From contig JAOUEV010000012.1 of the NCBI GenBank assembly GCA_029858565.1, forward strand, positions 278-64,277: a DNA stretch of 64,000 nt, in the 5' to 3' direction. This document shows, in pieces, positions 47,040-57,123 of this stretch (positions are counted from its first letter, which is position 1; every line of letters begins with the position of its first letter). The translations under genes and the position numbers were made by a program. The notes beneath the pieces are model-generated. The model worked only from the letters and a program-made list of their open reading frames with translations. It was not told the DNA's origin and did not search any database. The DNA is from Nitrospirota bacterium. GTDB lineage: Bacteria; Nitrospirota; UBA9217.

Positions 47040-48287
47040 GTGTCGTGTTTAATGAATATGCCCTTAGCGCGCGAACGAAAGCTCTACAGGACCTTTATGG
47101 TGACCGTCAGTCTGGTCATCACCCTGGCCCTGTCTGCGGTCTTTCTCGGTATGGCGATCAGGACGCGCCAGCTGATCAGCGAGGAAAACGTGGTGCGGGC
47201 CCGCTCGCTTTTCAACAGCATCATCCTTGCGCGCGAATGGAACGCTCATTACGGCGGCGTATTCGTGGAGAAAAAGGCGGGCGTGTCGTCCAATCCCTAT
47301 CTCAGGAATCCGGACATCCGGACCAGTGACGGCAAGACATACACAAAGCGGAACCCGGCCCTGATGACCCGGGAGATCTCCGAACTGGCTGCGCGAAAAG
47401 GGCTGTTTACCTTCCATATCACCAGCCTCAAACCCCTCAACCCGGCGAATACCGCAGATGCCTTTGAGCAATCGGCGCTGAAAAATTTCGAAACAGGATC
47501 TGCCGAGCAATTCATGACTGATAGGGCCGGCGGAGCGTTGTTCCGCTACATGGCGCCGCTCTTTGTGGAGCGTCCCTGCCTGCAGTGTCATGAACACCAG
47601 GGCTACCGGATCGGCGACGTGCGGGGCGGTATCAGCGTCAGCTTCGACGTGCAGGACGTTGCCGCCAAGATACGGAACAATACCCTCGCCATCATCTTCT
47701 TCTCTTTCCTTACCATCCTGTCGCTGCTGGGACTGATCTACTACTTCTCCATGCGGCTGATCAAGAAGATGTACGAGGCGAGGCGGCATATCGAACGCCT
47801 GGCCACGATCGACGGGCTGACGGGAGTGTTCAACCGGCGCCACCTGGTTTCCCGGTTCGTCGTCGAATTCGCGCGCGGCCGGAGGCACAAGAAACCCCTG
47901 GGCTGCATCATCCTGGACCTCGACCGCTTCAAGAACGTCAACGACACCCACGGGCATCTTACCGGCGATAAGGTGCTGAAGGAGGTTGCCCTGCGCCTCT
48001 CTACGTCGGTCCGTGATTATGACATCCTGGGCCGCTACGGGGGCGAGGAATTCCTCGTGGTGCTGCCGGAGACCGGGGTCGCGGAATGCACGCGGCTGGC
48101 AGAGCGGATCAGGTCCGTCATTAAGGAACAGCCGATCGAGGGCATCACGGTCACAGCCAGCCTGGGTGCGACCGTCTCTTCAGACCGGGACGAAACCATC
48201 GACGACATGGTCAAGCGGGCTGATGATGCCCTGTACCGCGCCAAGGACGAAGGCCGGGACCGGGTGATCTTTACCTCGCCGGCATAG
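47040..48287 (+). CDS. Diguanylate cyclase (GGDEF) with periplasmic heme-c (CxxCH) sensor domain, DUF3365-like
   Basis: TM - periplasmic ~180 aa containing CLQCHEHQ - TM - GGDEF domain (LDLDRFKNVNDTHGHLTGD, RYGGEEF). Start could be one of the Met residues at 47040-47058. Confidence 0.8.
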   Translation: MSCLMNMPLARERKLYRTFMVTVSLVITLALSAVFLGMAIRTRQLISEENVVRARSLFNSIILAREWNAHYGGVFVEKKAGVSSNPYLRNPDIRTSDGKTYTKRNPALMTREISELAARKGLFTFHITSLKPLNPANTADAFEQSALKNFETGSAEQFMTDRAGGALFRYMAPLFVERPCLQCHEHQGYRIGDVRGGISVSFDVQDVAAKIRNNTLAIIFFSFLTILSLLGLIYYFSMRLIKKMYEARRHIERLATIDGLTGVFNRRHLVSRFVVEFARGRRHKKPLGCIILDLDRFKNVNDTHGHLTGDKVLKEVALRLSTSVRDYDILGRYGGEEFLVVLPETGVAECTRLAERIRSVIKEQPIEGITVTASLGATVSSDRDETIDDMVKRADDALYRAKDEGRDRVIFTSPA

Positions 48288-48505
48288 CCCGGCGCGCGCG
48301 CCTGAGAGATGACCGCTCGACCCTTAGCCTTGCTTCTTTCCCCTGCGAACATTTTCCCTGCAAACACCTTGTGGCAGCCGAACTTTAGTGCTATAGTTGC
48401 AATTGACGCGCACTGCTGCAGCTGAAACTCCTGACAGACTTGGTTCCGTCTGCGGTATAATCATTTTTCCAGTGTAATTACTTCGCCTGATCACGAGGTT
48501 CATGC

Positions 48506-50941
48506 ATGGAAAATGAGATTCCAGAACAAGCTCCCGCGCCGGAATCCTCCGAGCCGGCGAAGGGATACCGGAAGCAGCCCAAAAAGGAACAGAAATCCGC
48601 CCCCCCTGCTGACAAGCCGAAGAAGGCCTATACCCCTCCCAAACCCTCCATCACTGTGCAGAAATGGCCCGCGCTGCTCGAAGCGATCAACAGCGGGAAC
48701 ATCGATACCCTCAGACAGCTGATCGCCGATGGCGTGAACGTGAATACGGTCCGCGAGGGATTCTCGCCTCTCATGATCGCATCGACCGCCGGCCAGGTCG
48801 AGACCGCCAGGTTCCTCCTGCAGGCAGGGGTAAACGTCAATGACACGGACGATGACGGTAACACCGCCTTTCATCGGGCCGCGTCTTATCAGTCCGGCAC
48901 AGCTATTATCGAGCTTTTGCTGGAGTCAGGCATCAACGTGAACGCGAGGAACCGCTTCAAGAAGACCGCGCTGATGCTCGCGGAGGAACTGGGCCATAAG
49001 GACATCGTCCGCTCCATCCAGGCGCATCTCGATCGGGCGGCCATAGACGAGCAGGAGTGGCAGGCCTTTCTGAACACTCCCGAGGGCGAGCCCTATAAAC
49101 GCAGGAGACAACTTGACCTTTTGAACCGGTATGCGGAGTTCATCTGGGCGCCTCCTGTGGGCCTTGCCTTTGCCGGACTTCTCCTGGGAGCCCTGTTCGG
49201 CGCGGCCATGCTCACCGCCTTCATCGGACTGGTCCTGGGAAGTCTTGGTATCGCGGCAGGCGTGCATCAGACGCGGACCCTGACCGCCTATTTCGACTCC
49301 CTGGAACCGCTGCCGCACCTCGACATTCACATCGTCCGCGCAAAGCGAAAGGCCCGCGAACCGCTCCCCCCGGTGCAGAAGAAGAAACCTGCTGAGCCTG
49401 CCTTTGCCGTTCCGGCGGCGCCGCCAGCTGCTGCGCCGCCTGCTTCTCCGGTCGTCGTTGCTGCATCGGAAAAAGCGGCTCCCTCTGTTCCGGCCGTCAC
49501 TCCTGGATCCGGGGACGCGGAAGCTGCTGATGCTATCCTCGTTACGGAAGAAAAAGCGGCTCCTGCCTCTTCCGCAGCTGTTCCTATTCTCGAAGAGGCG
49601 AGGGCCGCTGCACCCCTTGTCGCGCCCGCTCCTCCAAAGCCCGCGCCAGAACCGGTTAAAACCAGGGAACCTCATATTGATCCCGTTCTTCCAAAACCCG
49701 CATCTGCAGCTTCTGTCGTTGTTCGCACTCCTGCGGCGCCGGCTTCGGCCGCCGCAAGAGCGGGCCGACCCAAAGCAACGCCTGCACCTTCCGGCCGATC
49801 CTTTGAAATGCCTGACAAGCGGGTATTGATCATCGCCGCGGCCGCGCTTCTCGTGATCGCGCTCCTGGGGACGGCATTCATGTTACGGCGCGACCTGGAG
49901 CGTTGGTATTTCGCAAAGCAGCTCCGGTCACGGGGATTCGACACCTCCCCTCATGCTGTTCCGGAGGCTGCCGAGAAAAATGACCTGGAGAGCATTGACC
50001 TGTTCATCAGGGCAGGCGTTTCCCTTGACGCGGCCGATGGCAAGGGAAGGACCGCGCTGATGATCGCAGCTGAAAAAGGCCGCGCGGACATGCTCGCGAA
50101 GCTCATCGAGAAGGGTGCGAATGTCAACTTCACCGCGCCGGCGAAGAAAGGTCCGGTCTCGGCGCTCCAGGCGGTCCTGTCGGTCCCTGACCTCAGCGAA
50201 GCTCACCTGCGGGTCCTGCAATATCTGCTCGATCACGGCGCCGATGTCAAGGCCCGCGACTCGTCAGGCCGGACCGCTCTGTTCTTCGCAGCGGAGCGGG
50301 GCCGCGAGCAGGTTGCCGCGCTGCTGCTGGACCACGGAGCGGAGGTGAATGCGACGGATGTGCGCGGCGACTTTCCGCTTCTTTCCGCCGCGTGCGGCGG
50401 GCATACCGGCGTTGCCAGACTGCTCCTGGACAGGGGGGCCGACGTAAAGCAAACGATGCACGACCAGACCCCGTTCCTGTGCGCGGTTGAAGAAGGCCAT
50501 CTTGGCACTATGAAGCTGCTTCTCGAACGGGGAGCGGATGTCAACACGCAGACCGCGGGCGGCGTGACGGTCCTGACCATTGCATCGGGGCTGGAGAACC
50601 TTGCCGCGGTCACCCTGCTGCTCGAAAAAGGGGCCGATCCCGCGAGCGGCTATCTCCCCGCGCCGTTCCTGGCGCTTTCGGGACGCAAGGTCTCGATCCG
50701 GGCGGCGAACAGCAGGATTAGCGCGGTGCTTCGTCAGGTGGCAAAGGCTGCTGCACGCGATGGCTATACGATCACCCTGGATGCTGTTGAGGACCGGAAG
50801 GTGACGCTCAGGACAAAGGATTCCTGGAACAGGGTCCTGCATAAGCTTGCCGTGAACAACAATCTGCTGCTGCTCGTCAAGGACAGGGAAGTTGTCGTTC
50901 TGTCCTACGATCCCGCCGCTGTTAAAAAGACGCCTTTCTGA
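48506..50941 (+). CDS. Membrane protein with N-terminal ankyrin repeats, TM hairpin, Pro/Ala-rich linker, third TM, second ankyrin array and C-terminal STN-like (secretin/TonB N-terminal-like) domain
   Basis: Ankyrin consensus repeats (GFSPLMIASTAGQVETARFLLQAGVNVN, ...TALMIAAEKGRADMLAKLIEKGANVN, ...TALFFAAERGREQVAALLLDHGAEVN). Hydrophobic segments at ~aa 215-260 and ~aa 440-460. Linker is low-complexity (PAPPAAAPPASP...). C-terminal ~90 aa ISAVLRQVAKAAARDGYTITLD...WNRVLHKLAVNNNL resemble an STN domain. Confidence 0.75.
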   Translation: MENEIPEQAPAPESSEPAKGYRKQPKKEQKSAPPADKPKKAYTPPKPSITVQKWPALLEAINSGNIDTLRQLIADGVNVNTVREGFSPLMIASTAGQVETARFLLQAGVNVNDTDDDGNTAFHRAASYQSGTAIIELLLESGINVNARNRFKKTALMLAEELGHKDIVRSIQAHLDRAAIDEQEWQAFLNTPEGEPYKRRRQLDLLNRYAEFIWAPPVGLAFAGLLLGALFGAAMLTAFIGLVLGSLGIAAGVHQTRTLTAYFDSLEPLPHLDIHIVRAKRKAREPLPPVQKKKPAEPAFAVPAAPPAAAPPASPVVVAASEKAAPSVPAVTPGSGDAEAADAILVTEEKAAPASSAAVPILEEARAAAPLVAPAPPKPAPEPVKTREPHIDPVLPKPASAASVVVRTPAAPASAAARAGRPKATPAPSGRSFEMPDKRVLIIAAAALLVIALLGTAFMLRRDLERWYFAKQLRSRGFDTSPHAVPEAAEKNDLESIDLFIRAGVSLDAADGKGRTALMIAAEKGRADMLAKLIEKGANVNFTAPAKKGPVSALQAVLSVPDLSEAHLRVLQYLLDHGADVKARDSSGRTALFFAAERGREQVAALLLDHGAEVNATDVRGDFPLLSAACGGHTGVARLLLDRGADVKQTMHDQTPFLCAVEEGHLGTMKLLLERGADVNTQTAGGVTVLTIASGLENLAAVTLLLEKGADPASGYLPAPFLALSGRKVSIRAANSRISAVLRQVAKAAARDGYTITLDAVEDRKVTLRTKDSWNRVLHKLAVNNNLLLLVKDREVVVLSYDPAAVKKTPF

Positions 50942-51062
50942 CGCCCCTGTTCCCGCCTAGCCCGTGCACGGTTGACAACGAGACCAGGTACCGCTTTCAT
51001 CTGTCTATTTGACGGGGTCGGGACGCGTGGTTCACCCCGGGCTGACTGTCGGCTCGAAAAAA

Positions 51063-51100
51063 AACGAGGCGCCCCCATTCGGCGCCTCGTTCAGTAGTTT
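51063..51100 (-). terminator. Rho-independent terminator downstream of the minus-strand lipoprotein gene
   Basis: 11-bp perfect stem aacgaggcgcc/ggcgcctcgtt; on the minus strand it is followed by TTTTTTTT. May also terminate the plus-strand ankyrin gene. Confidence 0.7.
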
Positions 51101-51132
51101 GCTATGACCTGCCGGGCCGGACCCGGCGCACC

Positions 51133-51753
51133 TCACTTCTTCAGCATTCCCATCTTCTCGCCTATCTCCTTTGCAACATACTCGGAGGTCTCATCAATCG
51201 CATTGGCCTTGTCCTTGTCATCGGGCTTCGGCACAAGGCAGCACCCGCCGACCCTACCCGCGGTCGCCGCGTATTTGCCATGGCCGACCTCCTTTGCCCC
51301 AGGCCCTTCGAACATCTGGGCAATGACATGGAGCTGATGGATCGTGCCCTGGGTGACCGTTGCCGTGGGCGTCCAGACCACATAGAGGTAGTCCGCGCCC
51401 ACCTTCTGCTGAATGTCCTTGATCTTTTTCTTGTCCGTGTTGTTGTAATCCTCTTCGATCTCAAGATAGGCCGAGGAGTAGGGCCCCTTGATCTTGACCG
51501 GATAGTTCGGTATGGCCTGGGCCGCCTGCTTGTGCGGCATGACCTGGAAGCGCGTGTTCTTGCGCAGCGCTTCGGTCATGCGCTGGGCCATGACCACATT
51601 GGCTTCGCTGTCCAGACCGGCGATCACCGCAATGCTCTTTCCTTTCGGCCGGTAGTCCGTTTCAATGAGCGAAAACGTGTCGAAACACCCTGCAAGCAGT
51701 ATCGTCACTGCGAGTATGAACGCCATGCGGATCGATTGTCCCATCCCTGCCAC
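51133..51753 (-). CDS. Lipoprotein, paralog pair member 1 (TolB-N/CsgG/LpoB-like fold suspected)
   Basis: Lipobox LLAGC; 206 aa; shares with the upstream gene the pattern G.IAV..G.D..A.V..A...T..L......V...YPV.IK...DY..VVW and a KK C-terminus. Confidence 0.6.
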   Translation of the reverse strand: MAGMGQSIRMAFILAVTILLAGCFDTFSLIETDYRPKGKSIAVIAGLDSEANVVMAQRMTEALRKNTRFQVMPHKQAAQAIPNYPVKIKGPYSSAYLEIEEDYNNTDKKKIKDIQQKVGADYLYVVWTPTATVTQGTIHQLHVIAQMFEGPGAKEVGHGKYAATAGRVGGCCLVPKPDDKDKANAIDETSEYVAKEIGEKMGMLKK

Positions 51754-51769
51754 CTCTTTCTTAAGGAGA

Positions 51770-52402
51770 TTATTTCTTAGCGGTCTTTGTCCTGTCCGCG
51801 AGGTCCTCGGCCAGGTCCTCCGCTGACCCCCGCAGCAGCGCGTCGATGTCCTTGCCCTCCGATCCTCCGAAGAGGAAGCAGGACTGGCTGCGGCTTCTTC
51901 CGAAATCGCTGTATCCCACGATTTTGCCCGGCGGGTATTCGAACAGGTTCCCGATGATCGACGCGCCGTAGCTCACGCTGTTCCGGGAGGAGTAACGGGA
52001 AAGACCGGCGACCCAGACGACCAGGACATAGTCCGTCTTGAGCGCGCCATGCATGGCGTCCACCTTGGCCTTCTCGCCCTGCGCGGGCCAGACCGGCTTG
52101 CCGCTGTCCTTGGGCTCAGCGGTCTTGATGTTCACGGGATACTTCCCGACGCGCCGGTCCACTTCGGCCTGGCTCAGGACCTTGAGGGTGCTCTTTTCCT
52201 GCAGGCTTTTGGTGACGTATTCGGCGAACTTGACGTCCGCGTCGTCCGTACCGCCGCTCACTACCGCGATCGAGCCGGTCCGCGGCTTGTATCCTTCCTG
52301 AAAAAAGTCAAAGGGCACATTCGTGGCGCAGCCCGTTGCCAGGGCAAGGACCGCCAGAAACAAAAAAGGGGCCATCAGCCGCACACATCTGCTGGTGATC
52401 AC
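51770..52402 (-). CDS. Lipoprotein, paralog pair member 2
   Basis: Lipobox LATGC. Probable GTG start at 52402 preceded by AGGAGG (an alternative ATG at 52375 would give too short a signal peptide). Paralogous to the 51133 gene. Confidence 0.55.
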   Translation of the reverse strand: MITSRCVRLMAPFLFLAVLALATGCATNVPFDFFQEGYKPRTGSIAVVSGGTDDADVKFAEYVTKSLQEKSTLKVLSQAEVDRRVGKYPVNIKTAEPKDSGKPVWPAQGEKAKVDAMHGALKTDYVLVVWVAGLSRYSSRNSVSYGASIIGNLFEYPPGKIVGYSDFGRSRSQSCFLFGGSEGKDIDALLRGSAEDLAEDLADRTKTAKK

Positions 52403-52928
52403 ATGATCCTCCTGAACAAATGGATTTTGGTCGAACTCCGGCCCGTTGATCTGCGCCGGTGGCGTTGGCTTTCGGTTCTGCTTGTTTTGTATGATCGGGG
52501 AAAGAGGGTTGCATGCCGGCGTTTTCCTGCGACGGATGATAATTGCCAATGCCCGCAACCCATCAGAACGGTACTACAAAAGGACTATCTTGTCAATTGG
52601 GCAATTTTTAGGGGAGAACTGCGAACAGTACCAGGCATTCCGGGACCGCTGTTCGTTCGCCCGTGCGAAGACCGCCTCGGTCCCGGCAGAACGCCGGCGA
52701 TGCTGACATTCTTCATGTTTGTGCGTGGGATCTCGCAACTTCAACTGAAATACGAAAGACCCTGAACCTTTCTGTTCACTTCTTTCGCATTTCAACCAAT
52801 GCAAATCGGCTTTTTTGCAAAGATGCAAATCAGAATGACCCGCCATCTTTAAGAATATCAATCACTTGCGTTTTGGCATGGCATCTGCAATATACAGGGC
52901 AGAAGTGAACGTTAAGGAGGAATGGATC

Positions 52929-53249
52929 ATGAAGAGCGTATCAGCAAAAAAAGGTGCATATATCGGCGCAGGAGCAGGACTGGTGCTCTTCGCTGTTTTC
53001 GGACTTCTTCCAGGAAGCCTGCTTGGCGGAGCAGCAGGGATCAAGGTGGCGGGAATGCTGTTCGGCCTCCCTCTTGAGCCGGGCATCCTCTCACGGGCGA
53101 TCGTGCTGATCTCGATGCTCGTGGGCGTCCTGGTCGCGGGCATCGTGATCGTGACCGCAACATCGACCATCGGCTGGCTGGCCGGCAGGATGATGGAAGG
53201 CGCTGCGGAAAAGGGCGCTGGGAAGGCAGAACAGGGACTAAAAAGCTAA
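52929..53249 (+). CDS. Small glycine-rich membrane protein, tandem paralog 1
   Basis: AGGAGG RBS then ATG at 52929; 106 aa, two hydrophobic Gly/Ala-rich helices (GAGAGLVLFAVFGLLPGSLLGGAAG...). Confidence 0.5.
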   Translation: MKSVSAKKGAYIGAGAGLVLFAVFGLLPGSLLGGAAGIKVAGMLFGLPLEPGILSRAIVLISMLVGVLVAGIVIVTATSTIGWLAGRMMEGAAEKGAGKAEQGLKS

Positions 53250-53313
53250 AGTCGTAAGTGATAGGCAGGCTGGAAAAACTTAATTCCAAATTCTGACTCA
53301 AAAGGAGATTACC

Positions 53314-53628
53314 ATGAAGAACGAAACAGTAAAGACGGGAATGAAGATCGGTGCAATGGTTGGCGGGATCCTCTGGGTGGTGTTCGGTATTATGGCAGGC
53401 TTCTACTTCGGCAGCTACGGCACGCTGTTCATCCTGCAGAAGCTCATGGGCGGCACGGTCGAGCCCACGCTCTTTGTCCGCGCGGCGGTTGTAGCGGGCA
53501 TCGGCGTCGGCATCGCGGCAACGGCGGCAGTGAGCATCGTGGTCGGCGGCCTGGCAGGAACGGTCCTCGGCTTCATCGTCTCCCCCAGGAAATCCCTGGA
53601 AGAGGCAAAGGCAGAGTCGAAGGCGTAA
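53314..53628 (+). CDS. Small glycine-rich membrane protein, tandem paralog 2
   Basis: AAAGGAG RBS; 104 aa; same two-helix Gly-rich architecture (GAMVGGILWVVFGIMAGFYFG ... VVAGIGVGIAATAAVSIVVGG) and the same C-terminal ...AEKGAG/...EEAKAESKA. Confidence 0.5.
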   Translation: MKNETVKTGMKIGAMVGGILWVVFGIMAGFYFGSYGTLFILQKLMGGTVEPTLFVRAAVVAGIGVGIAATAAVSIVVGGLAGTVLGFIVSPRKSLEEAKAESKA

Positions 53629-53679
53629 GAGCCATTACAACAGACGCTCGTAGGTAGCCAGGCAGTGCAAAAACCAGTA

Positions 53680-53714
53680 AGGCGGTGAGGATCATCCTCA
53701 CCGCCTTTTCTTTT
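53680..53714 (+). terminator. Rho-independent terminator after the small membrane protein pair
   Basis: aggcggtgagg-atcat-cctcaccgcct followed by tttcttttcc. Confidence 0.65.
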
Positions 53715-53736
53715 CCTGATCTGTCGAAAGTTGTTT

Positions 53737-54603
53737 TCAATCGAACTGCGGATAGTTCCTGCTGATCGCCGGCCGGTCCATGACCCGCTGGTCCTGGGGC
53801 CGGTCCTTACGGTACGAGCGCACCAGGCCAAGCTTCCATGTATAGACCCTCCCGCACTTCTCACAGGAAACGCCCGCAAGCGCCTCGCCGCAGGATGCGC
53901 AATAGATGACATACTGACGCGAAAGCAGCCGATCGTGTTCCTTGAGATCCACCTGTTTGCCGCAGCATTTCAGTTCACCCGAAAGGTCCGCTCCGCAGAG
54001 ACAGCGGCGGTCCTGGGGCCACGGCAGCATGTCCTCGAGCTTGTAAATGGCCCGCGCGAGGAGGTCCATGAGCTGGTCCTCGGTCGCGTCGCCGAAAAAA
54101 GACTCGGTCAGCCGTTCGCGGATATCGATCATGAGCGGGTCTTCCTTCAGGAAGTGCAGGACCTTCCGCGTCCACCCCTCGCCAGTACCGAGCCGCGAAA
54201 GGCCGCGGAGGTTCTTGTTGGCACGGTAATGCTCCTGAAGGTAGAGCAGCGTCCAGAGCTGCGTCATATCATAGAAGAACTCCAGGATGGGATAGTACCC
54301 GTACTTCGCCTGGATGGAGGCCTCCACCGAGCCGCGGCTCTCGGGGATCCGCGGGAACACGGCGAGCAGCAGGCCCTCCTCGAAATCCTCGTAAAAGAAC
54401 GGGGTCTCCGCCTGCTGCCGGCAGCCGCAGTGGGTGCAGACGATCATGTTGAATTCCCAGCGCAGCAGTGTCTGTTTCACCTGCGGCGTGCGAGACGCAT
54501 CCACCCACGTGATGACCTTTGCTTCGTACTCGCGGTTGCAGCTTGCACAGAGGAAGGCCTCCTGGCTGTAGGACTCGGCCTGATTTATGTGAATCCCTTT
54601 CAT
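53737..54603 (-). CDS. Cysteine-rich zinc-ribbon protein (CpXC-like motifs)
   Basis: Paired Cys motifs CASC...CTHCGC and CLCG...CCGK...CASCGE...CEKCG. ATG at 54603 lies 7 nt after a TATAAT box, possibly leaderless. Confidence 0.45.
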   Translation of the reverse strand: MKGIHINQAESYSQEAFLCASCNREYEAKVITWVDASRTPQVKQTLLRWEFNMIVCTHCGCRQQAETPFFYEDFEEGLLLAVFPRIPESRGSVEASIQAKYGYYPILEFFYDMTQLWTLLYLQEHYRANKNLRGLSRLGTGEGWTRKVLHFLKEDPLMIDIRERLTESFFGDATEDQLMDLLARAIYKLEDMLPWPQDRRCLCGADLSGELKCCGKQVDLKEHDRLLSRQYVIYCASCGEALAGVSCEKCGRVYTWKLGLVRSYRKDRPQDQRVMDRPAISRNYPQFD

Positions 54604-54776
54604 GAATCTATTATACACGAGTGACAGCAAAAAAACACACTTTGAAAATCACCGGCTCTTTGTGGTAGAATGCTGACCCGTAGTGAACAAAAACGCGCTC
54701 TTTTGCCGTTCAACGGCCATAAACTGCACGACCCTGCTGCTTGCAGGTGTGATTAATTATTGCACAAGGAGCACTC

Positions 54777-57050
54777 ATGGCAACCAAGGAAGATTCCATA
54801 CTGACCACGGCACTCCACTCCGAGGTCGAGAACAGATTCCTGACATATGCGCTCTCGACCATCGTATCAAGGTCCCTGCCTGATGTGCGCGACGGACTGA
54901 AGCCCGTTCACCGCAGGATCCTTTTCGCCATGTGGGAGATGGGGCTGGGGCCCACGGCAAAGTTCAGGAAGAGCGCTGCCGTGGTCGGCGAAGTGCTTGG
55001 CAAGTTCCATCCCCACGGCGACCAGGCTGCCTACGACGCCATGGTGCGCATGGCCCAAGACTTCTCGCTCCGCTACCCGCTCGTGGAAGGTTCGGGCAAC
55101 TTCGGCAGCCTTGACGGCGATCCTGCGGCGGCCATGCGGTATACCGAGGCGCGGCTCTCCCAGCTTGCCGAGGAACTGCTCGTCGAGATCGACAAGGACA
55201 CCGTGGGATTCCGGCCGAACTACGACAACTCGCTCAAGGAGCCCATGGTCCTGCCCGCCCGGTTCCCCCAGCTCCTGGTGAACGGCACCTCGGGCATCGC
55301 GGTCGGAATGAGCTGCTCCTTTCCCCCCCATAATATCGGAGAGGTGATCGACGGGCTCACCGCGCTCATCGACAATTCGAACATAGACCTGAAGGACATC
55401 CTGAAGCTCATCAAGGGCCCGGACTTCCCCACTGCCGGCCAGATCCTGAACACCAAGAAGGAGCTGAAGGACATCTACCAGACCGGCAGCGGCGCAATCC
55501 GCGTGCGCGGCGAGTACGCGATCGAGGACCTTCCCCGGGGCAAACAGGCCATTGTGTTCACCTCCATTCCCTACCAGGTGAACAAGGCTAAGCTCATCGA
55601 AAAGCTCGTGGGCCTCATGGACGACAAGAAGCTGCCCCAGGTCACCGCGGTGCGCGACGAGTCCACGGACATTGTGCGCGTGGTTCTGGAGCTCAAGGCC
55701 GAGACAAATCCGGAGCTTGTGACCGCCTACTTGTTCAAGCACACGGACCTGGAGTCGAGCTTCCCGGTAAACTTCACGGCGCTCAAGCCTTCCATGGAGC
55801 CGGAGCGCTTGTCGCTCAAGGAAGTGATGCGCTACTTCCTCGACTTCCGGCTGGAGATCACCACCAAGCGATTGAACTACGACCTCCGGCTGCTGAAGGC
55901 GCGGCTGCATATCCTGAAGGCCTTCGAGATGCTCTACGATGATCTCGACACGGCCATCAAGCTGATCCGCAAGTCCAAGTCCAAGGAGGAGGCCGGCGAG
56001 AAGCTGAAGAAGCATTTCCGGTTCGACGATGAGCAGACCAAGGCCATCCTCGAAATGCAGTTGTACAAGCTCGCCGGGCTCGAGATCGAGCGGATACTGA
56101 AGGAGAAAGCCGAGAAGACCAAGCAGAAGAAGGACATCGAGGCGATCCTGGCAAGCCAGAAGAAGATCTGGGGCCTGATAAAGTCCGAACTCCAGGAGAT
56201 CAAGGACAAATACGGTGACAAGAGGCGGTCGGTGATGAAGGCGGCCGAGGATGTGGAGTTCTCCCAGGAGGACTTCATCGTTCACGAGGATGTGACCGTG
56301 ATCATGACCAGGATGGGCTGGATCCGCCGTGTCAAGACCGTTGGCGAGAACCTGCGTTTCAAGGAAGGCGACGACCTCCTGGCGCTCCTGCCCGCGAACA
56401 CCCGTGACAACATCGCCGTGTTCTCGTCCGCAGGCAAGGTCTATGTGATCAAGGCCTTCGATCTGCCCTCCGGATCGGGCTTTGGCGAGCCGGTCCAGCA
56501 TCTCTTCAAGTTCGGCGACGGTGAGCGGCCCATCGCGACCATGAACTTCTCGACCGTGCTGAGCAACACCGCGGCAGGCGAGGGCGAGGATGAGCAGCCC
56601 AAGGCAAAGCAGGCGGAACTTTCACTCTCCGGCGGAACCGTGATCGCGATCTCGGTCTCGTCCAAGGGAATCGGCTTCAAATTCGACCTGTCCCAGTTCA
56701 ACAGCGTCACCACCCGGGCGGGCAAGAAGTTCGCCGGCGTGAAGGAAGGCGACAACATCATGGCTGTCGAGATCCTGGACCGCCTGAACGTGCTGTTCCT
56801 GACCACCGAAGGCAAGGCCGTAGTCGTTGCGGAGAAGGAGATCCCGCTCCTGACCGGCGCGGGCAAGGGCGTGAAGCTCGTGAACGTAAAGAACGGAGAC
56901 GTGGCCCTGGTGCGGGCCGTGAACAAGGGCGAGCAGGTGAAGGTGATCGACGACAAGGGCAAGGAGAAGACTCTGGAGCTCAAGAACTTCGGCGTCATGA
57001 CGCGGGGCTCAGTGGGGCTCAAAGCGGTAAAGGCGGTCAGGTTCGTATAA
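54777..57050 (+). CDS. Type IIA topoisomerase subunit A (ParC/GyrA-like; length favours topoisomerase IV subunit A)
   Basis: [20 protein letters not shown], active-site [10 protein letters not shown] region, 757 aa with a short C-terminal beta-pinwheel region. Confidence 0.85.
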   Translation: MATKEDSILTTALHSEVENRFLTYALSTIVSRSLPDVRDGLKPVHRRILFAMWEMGLGPTAKFRKSAAVVGEVLGKFHPHGDQAAYDAMVRMAQDFSLRYPLVEGSGNFGSLDGDPAAAMRYTEARLSQLAEELLVEIDKDTVGFRPNYDNSLKEPMVLPARFPQLLVNGTSGIAVGMSCSFPPHNIGEVIDGLTALIDNSNIDLKDILKLIKGPDFPTAGQILNTKKELKDIYQTGSGAIRVRGEYAIEDLPRGKQAIVFTSIPYQVNKAKLIEKLVGLMDDKKLPQVTAVRDESTDIVRVVLELKAETNPELVTAYLFKHTDLESSFPVNFTALKPSMEPERLSLKEVMRYFLDFRLEITTKRLNYDLRLLKARLHILKAFEMLYDDLDTAIKLIRKSKSKEEAGEKLKKHFRFDDEQTKAILEMQLYKLAGLEIERILKEKAEKTKQKKDIEAILASQKKIWGLIKSELQEIKDKYGDKRRSVMKAAEDVEFSQEDFIVHEDVTVIMTRMGWIRRVKTVGENLRFKEGDDLLALLPANTRDNIAVFSSAGKVYVIKAFDLPSGSGFGEPVQHLFKFGDGERPIATMNFSTVLSNTAAGEGEDEQPKAKQAELSLSGGTVIAISVSSKGIGFKFDLSQFNSVTTRAGKKFAGVKEGDNIMAVEILDRLNVLFLTTEGKAVVVAEKEIPLLTGAGKGVKLVNVKNGDVALVRAVNKGEQVKVIDDKGKEKTLELKNFGVMTRGSVGLKAVKAVRFV

Positions 57051-57123
57051 TGGCCTGGGGCAAGTGTTGAGGCACGGTCATAGCACAGGATAAGTAAACG
57101 CGGGGCATCCAAGGAGTGAGGAT

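Noticed and set aside
52560-52930. Repeated tgcaaa motifs (aatgcaaatcgg...ttgcaaagatgcaaatcag) upstream of the small membrane protein genes
   Set aside because: They are short, AT-rich and not clearly palindromic; they may be a regulator site but are indistinguishable from chance here.
54867-56501. 544-aa minus-strand ORF
   Set aside because: It is antisense to the ParC/GyrA-like gene.
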